DNA from: Methanococcoides sp. AM1
Lineage (GTDB): Archaea > Halobacteriota > Methanosarcinia > Methanosarcinales > Methanosarcinaceae
Assembly: GCF_900774055.1 (NCBI RefSeq)
Contig: NZ_CAAGSW010000001.1
Coordinates: 39,797 to 79,796 of the forward strand
Direction of reading: 5' to 3'
DNA: 40,000 bases
Part shown: positions 19,118 to 27,306 of the stretch, in pieces
Numbering within the stretch: position 1 is the stretch's first letter
How the letters are laid out: every line of letters begins with the position of its first letter
The notes under the pieces: generated by a model
Told to the model about the DNA's origin: nothing
Databases searched by the model: none
Seen by the model: the letters and a program-made list of their open reading frames with translations, nothing else
Translations under genes and position numbers: made by a program

Positions 19118-19129
19118 GCATAGAAAGTT
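19118..19129 (+). repeat. Target site duplication, left copy (gcatagaaagtt)
   Basis: This 12-mer abuts the outer end of TIR-L, and an identical 12-mer abuts the outer end of TIR-R at 33936-33947. Confidence 0.65.
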
Positions 19130-19179
19130 GGGGTAATAGGTATCTTGAAAAATAGATACTCAGAAATTTAAGAAGTAAT
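19130..19179 (+). repeat. Casposon left terminal inverted repeat (TIR-L)
   Basis: ggggtaataggtatcttgaaaaatagatactcagaaatttaagaagtaat. The reverse complement of 33886-33935 differs at 3 of 50 positions. Confidence 0.8.
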
Positions 19180-19215
19180 CTCTAAAAATAGAATAGTAAA
19201 AAGTTTGAATGTAAC

Positions 19216-20040
19216 TCATTTGAGTTCATCTGATAAATCATCAATTGTGCTTTTTGCCTCATTAAATATTCTGATTGCATTTTCCTTTTTATTTGATTTC
19301 ATTTGCGTTAAATCATCAAGGTTATTGAAAATGATTCGATTTTGATTAGATGGATGAGTAATAGAAATCATTTTTACATTCTTATTTGATAAAGTCGGAT
19401 CATTTTTCCAGAAATCGATTTGATGAAATCGACCGTCTTTTGTAGGTGTATCAAGAAAAATGATTAACTTCAATTGATTACTAAATCTAAAGTGCTTGAA
19501 AAAGCATCCTATTTCATTTTGTACATTTCTGAACACTTTTTTTGGTGGTTCAGCACTTTTTTTCACTGGATGAAGTATAGCACAGTTAAATGCTTGAGTT
19601 AATTGAATTCCAGAATCTAAACTATTATCTAAATTTTCAAACATACCATTCCATTTCGTCTTTGGGTCGTTTGTTTCCCAATATGATACAATTTTGCTCA
19701 AGTAATCAAATAAACCAATTTTACTCAAATACTCAAAAAGATTATCTCGCATTCCATTAGCATAAATAGATGAAAAACAAGCTTCATGCATTGACTTACC
19801 ATTTTTCAATGCTTTTACAAATAATTCATGACTTTTATCAGATGTTGTTTTCCCACAAATAATTACATGAGGTTTATCAGGATAATTTCCTACTGGAGAA
19901 TAATTTATAAAATATTCACCTACTTTTAGTGGAATTTTTATTTCTGTTGTTGAATTAGTTTTTATTTTCTCAAATTCATCATAGAATATTTGTTTATCAT
20001 TAAAACATGAAAGAGAACAAATGTCTGTTGTTTTTAGCAT
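19216..20040 (-). CDS. Hypothetical protein; weak uracil-DNA-glycosylase-superfamily-like motif order
   Basis: 274-aa ORF next to TIR-L. KPHVIICGKTTSDKS and a late MISITHPSNQNRI resemble UDG-fold motif A (hydrophobic strand-G-x-x-P/T-G/S) and motif B (HPS..N) in the right order and spacing. This is motif-level evidence only. Confidence 0.5.
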   Translation of the reverse strand: MLKTTDICSLSCFNDKQIFYDEFEKIKTNSTTEIKIPLKVGEYFINYSPVGNYPDKPHVIICGKTTSDKSHELFVKALKNGKSMHEACFSSIYANGMRDNLFEYLSKIGLFDYLSKIVSYWETNDPKTKWNGMFENLDNSLDSGIQLTQAFNCAILHPVKKSAEPPKKVFRNVQNEIGCFFKHFRFSNQLKLIIFLDTPTKDGRFHQIDFWKNDPTLSNKNVKMISITHPSNQNRIIFNNLDDLTQMKSNKKENAIRIFNEAKSTIDDLSDELK

Positions 20041-20151
20041 ATATGTGACTCCATCAAATAAAATTTAAAACGACATTCACTATAAACTTATTTATACAAA
20101 TAAATAGTGTATGTTCTAAAGTTTAACTACTCTTACTATTGAGGATTCCCA

Positions 20152-22992
20152 ATGCTCGATCTCAATGAATTCCAAACCAGAACACAGAAAATAGATGTTC
20201 TTCTCAAAGAACACGGATGGGATATTTCTGACAGATCAAAGGTTATAGTTGAAGTTGATACCAAGCAATCTGATTTTAGTAAGCAGATTTACAAGCAGGT
20301 TAATGAAACTCTGAAAAACGATATGGATAGCAAGTATGCCGATTACCTTTTGCTTGATAGTCTAGGTGATCCTATTGCTATTATTGAAGCAAAGAGGACC
20401 TCAAAAGATTCTATTGTAGGACAAAAACAGGCTGAGCAATATGCTGATGATATTAAAGCTCAAACTGGAAAAGATGTCTTCATTTTCCTTTCCAATGGTT
20501 ATGATATCTGGTTCTGGGATCGGGAACGCTACCCTATGAGACAGGTCAAAGGATTCCATTCTCAAAAAGACCTTGAAAGAATGGATTACCAGATACAAAG
20601 CGGGAAGATTGAATCTGATATCGAGGTAAATACGGATATTGTTGACCGTGCAAAAAGCATCGAGGTTACAAAGAGGGTTGTTGAACATATCCGTAAAGGA
20701 CATCGAAAAGCCCTGATTGTCATGGCAACGGGTACGGGCAAGACCCGTGTTGCAATGGCCATTATTGACCAGCTTATGTGTGAAGGTCGTATTCAGAAGG
20801 TCTTGTTTTTAGCTGATCGTAAGGAACTTAGAAAACAGGCTTATGATAAGGGATTTATGAAATTTTTCCAGGATGAGTCTAAGGAAAAAATCCTTTCAGG
20901 CAATTATGACCCTAACAAAAGACTTTATGTTTCCACCATCCAGACCTTCCAGGAAATCTATAACCAGAAAGACAAGAATGGAAGATACAAGATATCACCG
21001 GGAGAATTTGACCTTATCTTCTCAGACGAAGCTCATAGGTCTATTTACTCCAAGTGGAAAGGAATCTTCACCTATCTCGATGCCGTCCAGATAGGACTGA
21101 CAGCTACACCAGCGGACCTTGTTGAGAGGGATACATTCAGGTTCTTTGAATGTGATGATAATACTCCCACAGCCCTTTACTCCTATGATGAAGCAATAAA
21201 GGATGGTGTTCTTTGTGATTTCCGCAAGAATGTATCAGGAGCAAGAACACATTTCCAGATAAAAGGGATTAAACCTGATGATCTCAGCGAAGAGGAACGT
21301 GAGGAATTGATCGCGAAAGGTATTGACCCTGATACGATTGATTTTGAAGGTACTGAGCTTGAGAAAAAGGTTGCTGTGAAAGGGACATCTGAAGCAATTG
21401 TCAGAGAATTTATGGAGAATTGTATCACTGATGAGTCTGGAACATTGCCTGCCAAGACCATCTTCTTTGCAATATCAAAGAAACATGCTCTGAGATTATG
21501 GGAGGCTTTTGAAAGACTATACCCTGAATACAAGGGACAAATGGCAAAGAGGATCGTCTCTGATGATTCAAGGGCTTCAGAATTGATCAAAGATTTCCGG
21601 GAAAAATCATTGCCAAGGGTCGCAATCTCTGTTGACATGATGGATACAGGTATTGATGTTCCTGAGGTGTGTAATCTTGTGTTTGCAAAACCTGTGTTCT
21701 CAAAGATCAAATTCTGGCAAATGCTGGGTAGAGGTACAAGGTCTGATGCTGTATGCGAAAATCGGGAATGGTTGCCAAATGGTGAGAAGGAATATTTCAA
21801 AGTATTTGATTTTTGGAACAATTTCGAGTACTGGGAAATGAACCCAAAGGGTGTCAAGAACGAATCCCCTGAAGCTATTACAAACCGTATATTCCTGTTC
21901 AGACTCAAACAACTGGACGAACTGAAGACTCGTGGTAATGAGGAACTTGTAGAAAGGGTCAAGACGACCATTATTGAAGACATCAAATCCCTTCCACAGG
22001 ATTCTGTGAGTGTAAAGGAACACCTTCAAGATGTGGAAAAAGCACTTTCTCCAAAGCTCTGGGACAATGTCGGACTCAATCCGATTGAGTTCCTTCTGAA
22101 GAAGATAATGCCTTTGATGAAGTTTAAACCGGGCGTGAATCTCAATGAAGCAAACTTCACCTTAAAGTGTGAGAAGCTTGCCTATGCTATCCTTCAAAAT
22201 AATACCCAAGAAATTGAACGTCTGAAAGAACCCATTGCCCAAATGGTTGACCGCCTACCAAGGACTTTGGACAAGGTAAAGGAAAAAGAGGATCTGATTG
22301 ACAAAGTCCTGTCCCATTCATTCTGGAATGATATTGTTTTTGAGGATGCCAAGATGATGATCGATGAGATCTCACCTCTGATGCGCTATATGAACAAAGA
22401 GCCCAGAAAAACCATTGTAATTGACATGGGGGACACGATAGAAGAGAGGAAAGAGTGGGTAATCGGTGATGAAAAAGCTGAATATGAAACAGCATACATG
22501 GAGAAGGTGGAGAACAGGATCAAGAAACTTGCAGAAACACATCCTGTTATCATCAAGATCAAGAATGATGAGGTCTTGACAGAAAGCGACCTTCAACAGC
22601 TTGAAGATACACTTTTCAACTCGGAGCTTACCCTCAGCGAATCAAGGCTCAAGCAGATATTTCACAGGCAGAACTCAACCCTTGTGGATTTCATAAGACA
22701 TATCCTTGGACTTTATGAATTCCCATCACCTGATAATACGATCAAGGATGCATTCCAGACCTTTGTTATCGAGAATAACAAACACTATACAGCAGACCAA
22801 CTCAATTTCATCAGAACAATCCAGACGGTTTTCCTGCGAAAGAAACATGTCGAGTTCTCAAACCTCTGGAACGCTCCATTCACAAACTTTGGCACAAATG
22901 CACCCATGCCAATGTTCAGCAAGGAAGAATTAAATGCTTTCATTGACATCTGCAATGGAATCGAGAGAGAAATATTTGCTTCAGAGGCATGA
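20152..22992 (+). CDS. hsdR: Type I restriction enzyme R subunit (HsdR)
   Basis: N-terminal PD-(D/E)xK nuclease (ADYLLLD...IAIIEAKRTS), SF2 helicase motifs (MATGTGKT, FSDEAHR, GLTATP, DTGIDVPEV, QMLGRGTR) and an EcoEI-R-like C-terminal domain. Confidence 0.92.
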   Translation: MLDLNEFQTRTQKIDVLLKEHGWDISDRSKVIVEVDTKQSDFSKQIYKQVNETLKNDMDSKYADYLLLDSLGDPIAIIEAKRTSKDSIVGQKQAEQYADDIKAQTGKDVFIFLSNGYDIWFWDRERYPMRQVKGFHSQKDLERMDYQIQSGKIESDIEVNTDIVDRAKSIEVTKRVVEHIRKGHRKALIVMATGTGKTRVAMAIIDQLMCEGRIQKVLFLADRKELRKQAYDKGFMKFFQDESKEKILSGNYDPNKRLYVSTIQTFQEIYNQKDKNGRYKISPGEFDLIFSDEAHRSIYSKWKGIFTYLDAVQIGLTATPADLVERDTFRFFECDDNTPTALYSYDEAIKDGVLCDFRKNVSGARTHFQIKGIKPDDLSEEEREELIAKGIDPDTIDFEGTELEKKVAVKGTSEAIVREFMENCITDESGTLPAKTIFFAISKKHALRLWEAFERLYPEYKGQMAKRIVSDDSRASELIKDFREKSLPRVAISVDMMDTGIDVPEVCNLVFAKPVFSKIKFWQMLGRGTRSDAVCENREWLPNGEKEYFKVFDFWNNFEYWEMNPKGVKNESPEAITNRIFLFRLKQLDELKTRGNEELVERVKTTIIEDIKSLPQDSVSVKEHLQDVEKALSPKLWDNVGLNPIEFLLKKIMPLMKFKPGVNLNEANFTLKCEKLAYAILQNNTQEIERLKEPIAQMVDRLPRTLDKVKEKEDLIDKVLSHSFWNDIVFEDAKMMIDEISPLMRYMNKEPRKTIVIDMGDTIEERKEWVIGDEKAEYETAYMEKVENRIKKLAETHPVIIKIKNDEVLTESDLQQLEDTLFNSELTLSESRLKQIFHRQNSTLVDFIRHILGLYEFPSPDNTIKDAFQTFVIENNKHYTADQLNFIRTIQTVFLRKKHVEFSNLWNAPFTNFGTNAPMPMFSKEELNAFIDICNGIEREIFASEA

Positions 22993-22995
22993 TTA

Positions 22996-24150
22996 ATGAA
23001 ACATGAATTACCAGACGGCTGGAAATATATCCAGCTTGGCGACTTAACCAAAATAAAAACTGGAAAACTAGATGTAAATGCACAAGATAAAGATGGTCAG
23101 TATCCTTTTTTTACATGTTCTCAAAAAACCTACAAGATAGCTTTCTACGACTATGATTGTGAATGTGTCCTAGTTGCAGGAAATGGCGATTTAAATGTGA
23201 AATATTATGATGGTAAATTCAATGCATATCAGAGAACTTACATAATAGAATCATTGGATAAAGAGATCCTTGATGTAAAATATTTATATTATTTTTTGCG
23301 TAAATATATAACAATATTGAGAAATAAAACTATTGGAGGAGTTATAAAATACATAAAGCTTAGTTACTTGACTGAAATAAAATTACCAATTCCTTCCATT
23401 AAAATCCAGAAAAAAATTGTCGCCATCCTCGAAAAAGCAGACGAAACAAGAAAACTCCGAACACAGGCTGATGAATTTTCACACCAGCTTCTTCAAAGCG
23501 TATTCATGGAGATGTTTGGAGATCCTGTTAAAAATAATAAAGGATGGAACATTGAGAAAGTTGAAGATGCTGTATTAAGTATCGAAGCTGGATGGAGCGC
23601 AAACGGGGAGCAACGACGTCACACATTGAATGAATACGGTGTTTTAAAAGTAAGTGCTGTTACTCAAGGAATATTTTTACCTGAAGAACACAAAGCAATT
23701 AAGGAAAATACTGAATTAAAAAAAGTAGTTATCCCTGAAAGAGGCGATGTATTATTTAGCCGAGCCAATACTCTTGAACTAGTCGGTGCAACGTGCATTA
23801 TCAAAAAAGATTATCCATGCTTATTATTACCTGACAAGTTATGGAAAATTAAAGTTGATACAAAGGTAGTAACACCTGTTTTTTTAAAATTCGTTTTGAG
23901 CCATCCTGCAATCAGGGCAGAAATTTCTAAAAAATCCACTGGTACAAGTGGTTCTATGTACAATATATCAATGAAGAAATTGAAATCAATTAACATAACC
24001 ATTCCACCGATTGAAATTCAAAATAAATTCACAAATATTGTTGATAGAATCGAACAAATTAAAGATAATCAAAAGCAATCATCCGAAGAAATTAGCACTC
24101 TTTTTAATGCACTTACGCAGAAAGCCTTCACCGGAGATTTGATACATTGA
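22996..24150 (+). CDS. hsdS: Type I R-M specificity subunit (HsdS), two target-recognition domains
   Basis: 384 aa. Two variable TRDs are separated by the conserved central helix (IKIQKKIVAILEKADETRKLRTQADEFSHQLLQSVFMEMFGDP) and followed by the C-terminal helix (IEIQNKFTNIVDRIEQIKDNQKQS...LTQKAFTGDL). Confidence 0.88.
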   Translation: MKHELPDGWKYIQLGDLTKIKTGKLDVNAQDKDGQYPFFTCSQKTYKIAFYDYDCECVLVAGNGDLNVKYYDGKFNAYQRTYIIESLDKEILDVKYLYYFLRKYITILRNKTIGGVIKYIKLSYLTEIKLPIPSIKIQKKIVAILEKADETRKLRTQADEFSHQLLQSVFMEMFGDPVKNNKGWNIEKVEDAVLSIEAGWSANGEQRRHTLNEYGVLKVSAVTQGIFLPEEHKAIKENTELKKVVIPERGDVLFSRANTLELVGATCIIKKDYPCLLLPDKLWKIKVDTKVVTPVFLKFVLSHPAIRAEISKKSTGTSGSMYNISMKKLKSINITIPPIEIQNKFTNIVDRIEQIKDNQKQSSEEISTLFNALTQKAFTGDLIH

Positions 24151-24425
24151 GCATACCAAGGTACAGGAAAAAATTCAAATTTGGAAGTTTAAAATCTTTA
24201 GTTGATCTGAATTGGGGGAAATACGGACCCTATGGTTATGTTGGTGCAAAAGCAAAAAATGGTATCTCTGTAGGTTACTCAATAGGTACTCGTGGACAAT
24301 ATGGATACGGTAGTTACAATAAAAAGGGATGGCAAGCTCGAATAAAATATAATATCGAATCTGGAAATATCTCGCCTCGAATAAAGAAATATACATCCAG
24401 AAATAAAAGACAAAAATGGAACTAA
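24147..24425 (+). CDS. Small basic Gly/Tyr/Lys-rich ORF between hsdS and hsdM (uncertain)
   Basis: 92 codons are open in AT-rich DNA. The TTG start overlaps the hsdS stop and the ORF ends 4 nt before hsdM. Composition is low-complexity (GKYGPYGYVGAKAKNG...GQYGYGSYNKKGW). No known motif. Confidence 0.3.
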   Translation: MSIPRYRKKFKFGSLKSLVDLNWGKYGPYGYVGAKAKNGISVGYSIGTRGQYGYGSYNKKGWQARIKYNIESGNISPRIKKYTSRNKRQKWN

Positions 24426-24429
24426 TATC

Positions 24430-25944
24430 ATGAGACTTTCACCTGAAATCAAAACAAAGATAGATGGCCTCTGGGATAGGTTCTGGAGTGGAGGTATGTC
24501 AAATCCCTTACAGTCCATTGAACAGATGTCATATCTCATATTCATGAAAAGGCTTGAGGACATGGATGTTCTAGAGCAGAGGCGTGCATATGCCATGGAT
24601 AAGGAGTACATATCCATCTTTGAAAGCAATGAGGATTGCAGATGGTCTGTTTGGAAGCATAAGTCCGCTGAGGATATGCTCAAGCACGTCAGAGACGTCG
24701 TATTTCCGTTCATAAAGACAATTCGTGATGGTGAGAAAACGCTGTTCTCACAGCACATGAAGGATGCTGTATTTGTTATTCCAAAGCCAACTCTTTTGCA
24801 GGAAGCAGTTGGTATTATCGATGAACTCAATATAGCTGCTCAGTCAACAGATGTGCAGGGAGATCTCTATGAATACCTTTTAAGTCAGCTATCCACAGCC
24901 GGCAAGAATGGACAATTCAGGACTCCAAGGCACATAATCAGGATGATCGTGGAGCTTGTTGACCCCGACATCAATGACAAGATATGCGACCCTGCGTGTG
25001 GTACAGGTGGTTTCCTTTTCACCGCTCACAAACATATACTCAGGAAATACACATCTCCTGATTTGATCGAGCAGGATCAAGAAGGGGAATATCACAACCT
25101 TATTGGAGATAATATCACCGAACAGGAGCACTGGGATAAACTACACCATGATACATTTTATGGCTTTGATTTCGAGTCCACAATGGTCAGGATAGGACTT
25201 ATGAACATGGTGCTCCATGGAATCAAATATCCTCACATCGAGCTTGTTGATACTCTCTCAAACCTATACAGTGAAGAAAATTGCTATACCGTGATTCTTG
25301 CCAATCCACCTTTCAAAGGCAGCATAGACAAGGATGATATCAATGACAAGCTGACACTTGACACAAAGAAGACCGAACTGCTCTTTGTGGAGAACATGAT
25401 CCACTTGTTGGAGATCGGTGGAAAATGTGGTGTAATTGTTCCTGATGGTGTACTCTTTGGTAATTCAAGGGCACACACGAACCTTCGTAAGATACTGCTT
25501 GAGAAATGCCAGCTTGAAGGTATCGTCTCCATGCCATCAGGGATCTTCGAACCCTATGCAGGAGTATCAACTGCTGTACTGATATTCACCAAGGGAGGAA
25601 ACACGGAAAAGGTCTGGTTCTATGACATGGAAGCGGATGGCTATTCTCTTGACAAAAAGAGAAATCCTATCGACATGAAAGGGGATATTCCTGATATAAT
25701 TGAAAGTTTCCGGAACAAACATGAAGAGAATCCTGAAGACAGGAAGGGTAAATGCTTCTATGTTCCATTTGATGAGATCAAGGAAAATAACTACGATCTT
25801 TCAATTTCCAAGTACAAGGAAATTGAGTATGAAGAGATTGAATATGAGATGCCAGAAGTTATTCTTCAGAAGATCGATGAGCTTGAGGATCAGATAAAGG
25901 CTAATGTTGCTGAGTTGAGGAAGATGTTAAAGCAGGATCTATAA
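24430..25944 (+). CDS. hsdM: Type I R-M N6-adenine DNA methyltransferase subunit (HsdM)
   Basis: HsdM N-terminal domain, AdoMet motif I (ICDPACGTGGFL), catalytic motif IV (ILANPPFKG) and a C-terminal coiled coil. Confidence 0.93.
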   Translation: MRLSPEIKTKIDGLWDRFWSGGMSNPLQSIEQMSYLIFMKRLEDMDVLEQRRAYAMDKEYISIFESNEDCRWSVWKHKSAEDMLKHVRDVVFPFIKTIRDGEKTLFSQHMKDAVFVIPKPTLLQEAVGIIDELNIAAQSTDVQGDLYEYLLSQLSTAGKNGQFRTPRHIIRMIVELVDPDINDKICDPACGTGGFLFTAHKHILRKYTSPDLIEQDQEGEYHNLIGDNITEQEHWDKLHHDTFYGFDFESTMVRIGLMNMVLHGIKYPHIELVDTLSNLYSEENCYTVILANPPFKGSIDKDDINDKLTLDTKKTELLFVENMIHLLEIGGKCGVIVPDGVLFGNSRAHTNLRKILLEKCQLEGIVSMPSGIFEPYAGVSTAVLIFTKGGNTEKVWFYDMEADGYSLDKKRNPIDMKGDIPDIIESFRNKHEENPEDRKGKCFYVPFDEIKENNYDLSISKYKEIEYEEIEYEMPEVILQKIDELEDQIKANVAELRKMLKQDL

Positions 25945-25986
25945 TTCTGCTTTTCGTTTCTAAAATGCTATTTATTAGATTTTTTC

Positions 25987-26049
25987 TTGTCTTTTAGCTT
26001 GTCTTTTATGTCGCTTTTCAGTTGTCGCATTGTCTCCTGGAATTGTCGC
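25987..26049. repeat. Iteron-like array of (T/A)TGTC(G/T)C heptamers downstream of cas1
   Basis: Six copies start at 25987, 25999, 26008, 26022, 26030 and 26043 (ttgtctt, ttgtctt, atgtcgc, ttgtcgc, ttgtctc, ttgtcgc). Four more (ctgtcgt, atgtcgc, ctgtcgc, ttgtcgc) lie at 26252-26287 inside the cas1 3' coding end. Confidence 0.5.
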
Positions 26050-26089
26050 CTAATTTTTATTGAAAAGAGACACCAAAACCCCCATGAAA

Positions 26090-27304
26090 TTAAGCATTTG
26101 CGACAAGTTTTTCCCATTGATTCAAGCGCTCTCTTACATGAGCATTAAGAGTAAAAGGCTTATTAGCCTCAGCATTTTTCTTCATATAATGCAATGTTCC
26201 CTTTGAAAATCCTAGCTTTTTCCAATCCGAATATGATATGCTAAGTATTTTCTGTCGTATGTCGCTTGAATCCTGTCGCTTTGTCGCATACAGCGGTTCT
26301 AAAAAATCAATCTCTTTGCGTTTACCAGTCAAATAATAGGCTAATTCCCTAGCTTTCAGGAGAATTACATAATTCCACATTGGCATTTTATCTTGGTATC
26401 TAACTCTTTTGTTAAACCACAAATTGACTTCTTCAGCCAGCTTCTTAGCCCCACTGGGCCTGAGCCTTAACGAATAATTCTCTGTCCTGATGAAGTCTTT
26501 CTTGTCTATGACATTTGTCTCTATCAGGTTAAGAACAGCAAAATCAACAAGGAATCTGAAAGGTTCCTGAAGATCATAAGCCAAACTATTCTTGCTAGGA
26601 TTCATTTCATGCAAAAAGCCCACGTGAGGATCTAGCCCCACAGCGTTGATGGCCCGCAGGCACTCTGCCTCTAACAAAGCGTAGCCGTAGTTAAGCATGG
26701 CATTTACCATATCCCCAGCCCCTATGGCCCTCCCACTCTGGTTAATTCGTGATTCTAAATTGTATTTCTCAGGGATAGCTTTTGAAAATTCATTCCAGTA
26801 CTTGTAGGCAACACCACCCTCTACACCCAATATTCCCCCGATTGTGTTGATTTTCTTTAGTTTATCAACATCCTCAGAGAAATCAAAATCAACAGTAGGA
26901 TATCGTTGATTTAGGAAATCAAGGACAACTGTTGATTTATCAATTTTGGCATCAATAAAGCTCCTTGCCATCTTTATTCTATTTTCTTGATTCTCAAATG
27001 CATGGTATTGAGCGAACTTTGTCTTTATGTTGGTACTCTCAGGAGGAAGCATTGTTGTTAACAATTTTCCATCCCAGTTGAGAATTGATATCTGTACATT
27101 ATGTTTAATCAACCACCTGATAGCATCAAGAGTGAGGTTTCCATTTTTCCCATAGATTATGATACTATCAACATCCATCCTTTTTGGAGAAAACATATAT
27201 TCTTCTGGTTCTTCAGTGGTTGAAAATCTCCCATCCTTGATATGAAGTTTTGATCCGTTTACACGCATGTCGATACCATGACCGTTTAGAAGAAGGAATT
27301 TCAT
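26090..27304 (-). CDS. cas1: Cas1-family integrase (casposase) with a C-terminal HTH-like extension
   Basis: Cas1 signatures in order: N-terminal beta domain (LHIKDGRF...IIIYG.NGNLTLDAIRWLIKHNVQISILNWDG), NAMLNYGYALLEAE, DPHVGFLHE and LAYDLQEPFRFLVD. About 80 extra C-terminal residues (..ILSISYSDWKKLGFSKGTLHYMKK..) follow. The ATG at 27304 is preferred to the TTG at 27310. No cas2, effector genes or array are in the window. Confidence 0.9.
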   Translation of the reverse strand: MKFLLLNGHGIDMRVNGSKLHIKDGRFSTTEEPEEYMFSPKRMDVDSIIIYGKNGNLTLDAIRWLIKHNVQISILNWDGKLLTTMLPPESTNIKTKFAQYHAFENQENRIKMARSFIDAKIDKSTVVLDFLNQRYPTVDFDFSEDVDKLKKINTIGGILGVEGGVAYKYWNEFSKAIPEKYNLESRINQSGRAIGAGDMVNAMLNYGYALLEAECLRAINAVGLDPHVGFLHEMNPSKNSLAYDLQEPFRFLVDFAVLNLIETNVIDKKDFIRTENYSLRLRPSGAKKLAEEVNLWFNKRVRYQDKMPMWNYVILLKARELAYYLTGKRKEIDFLEPLYATKRQDSSDIRQKILSISYSDWKKLGFSKGTLHYMKKNAEANKPFTLNAHVRERLNQWEKLVANA

Positions 27305-27306
27305 TA

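Noticed and set aside
19014-19148. Two repeat units with an 85-nt period near a cas1 gene, considered as a possible minimal CRISPR array.
   Set aside because: There are only two or three degenerate copies, and the period and repeat length are atypical. There is no cas2 or effector gene. The units are better explained as tRNA-3'-end-like target sites or TIR remnants, and the third copy is simply the other half of the split target at 33936-33977.
26048-26083. Sequence ...agacaccaaaaccccc just before the cas1 stop loosely resembles the TIR-R tip (agatacctattacccc), hinting at an internal or older casposon end separating the R-M arm from the core.
   Set aside because: About 11 of 16 positions match in AT-rich DNA and no similarity extends inward. 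The orientation would also imply an element lying to the left with no second matching core. This is too weak to call without comparison to related casposons.
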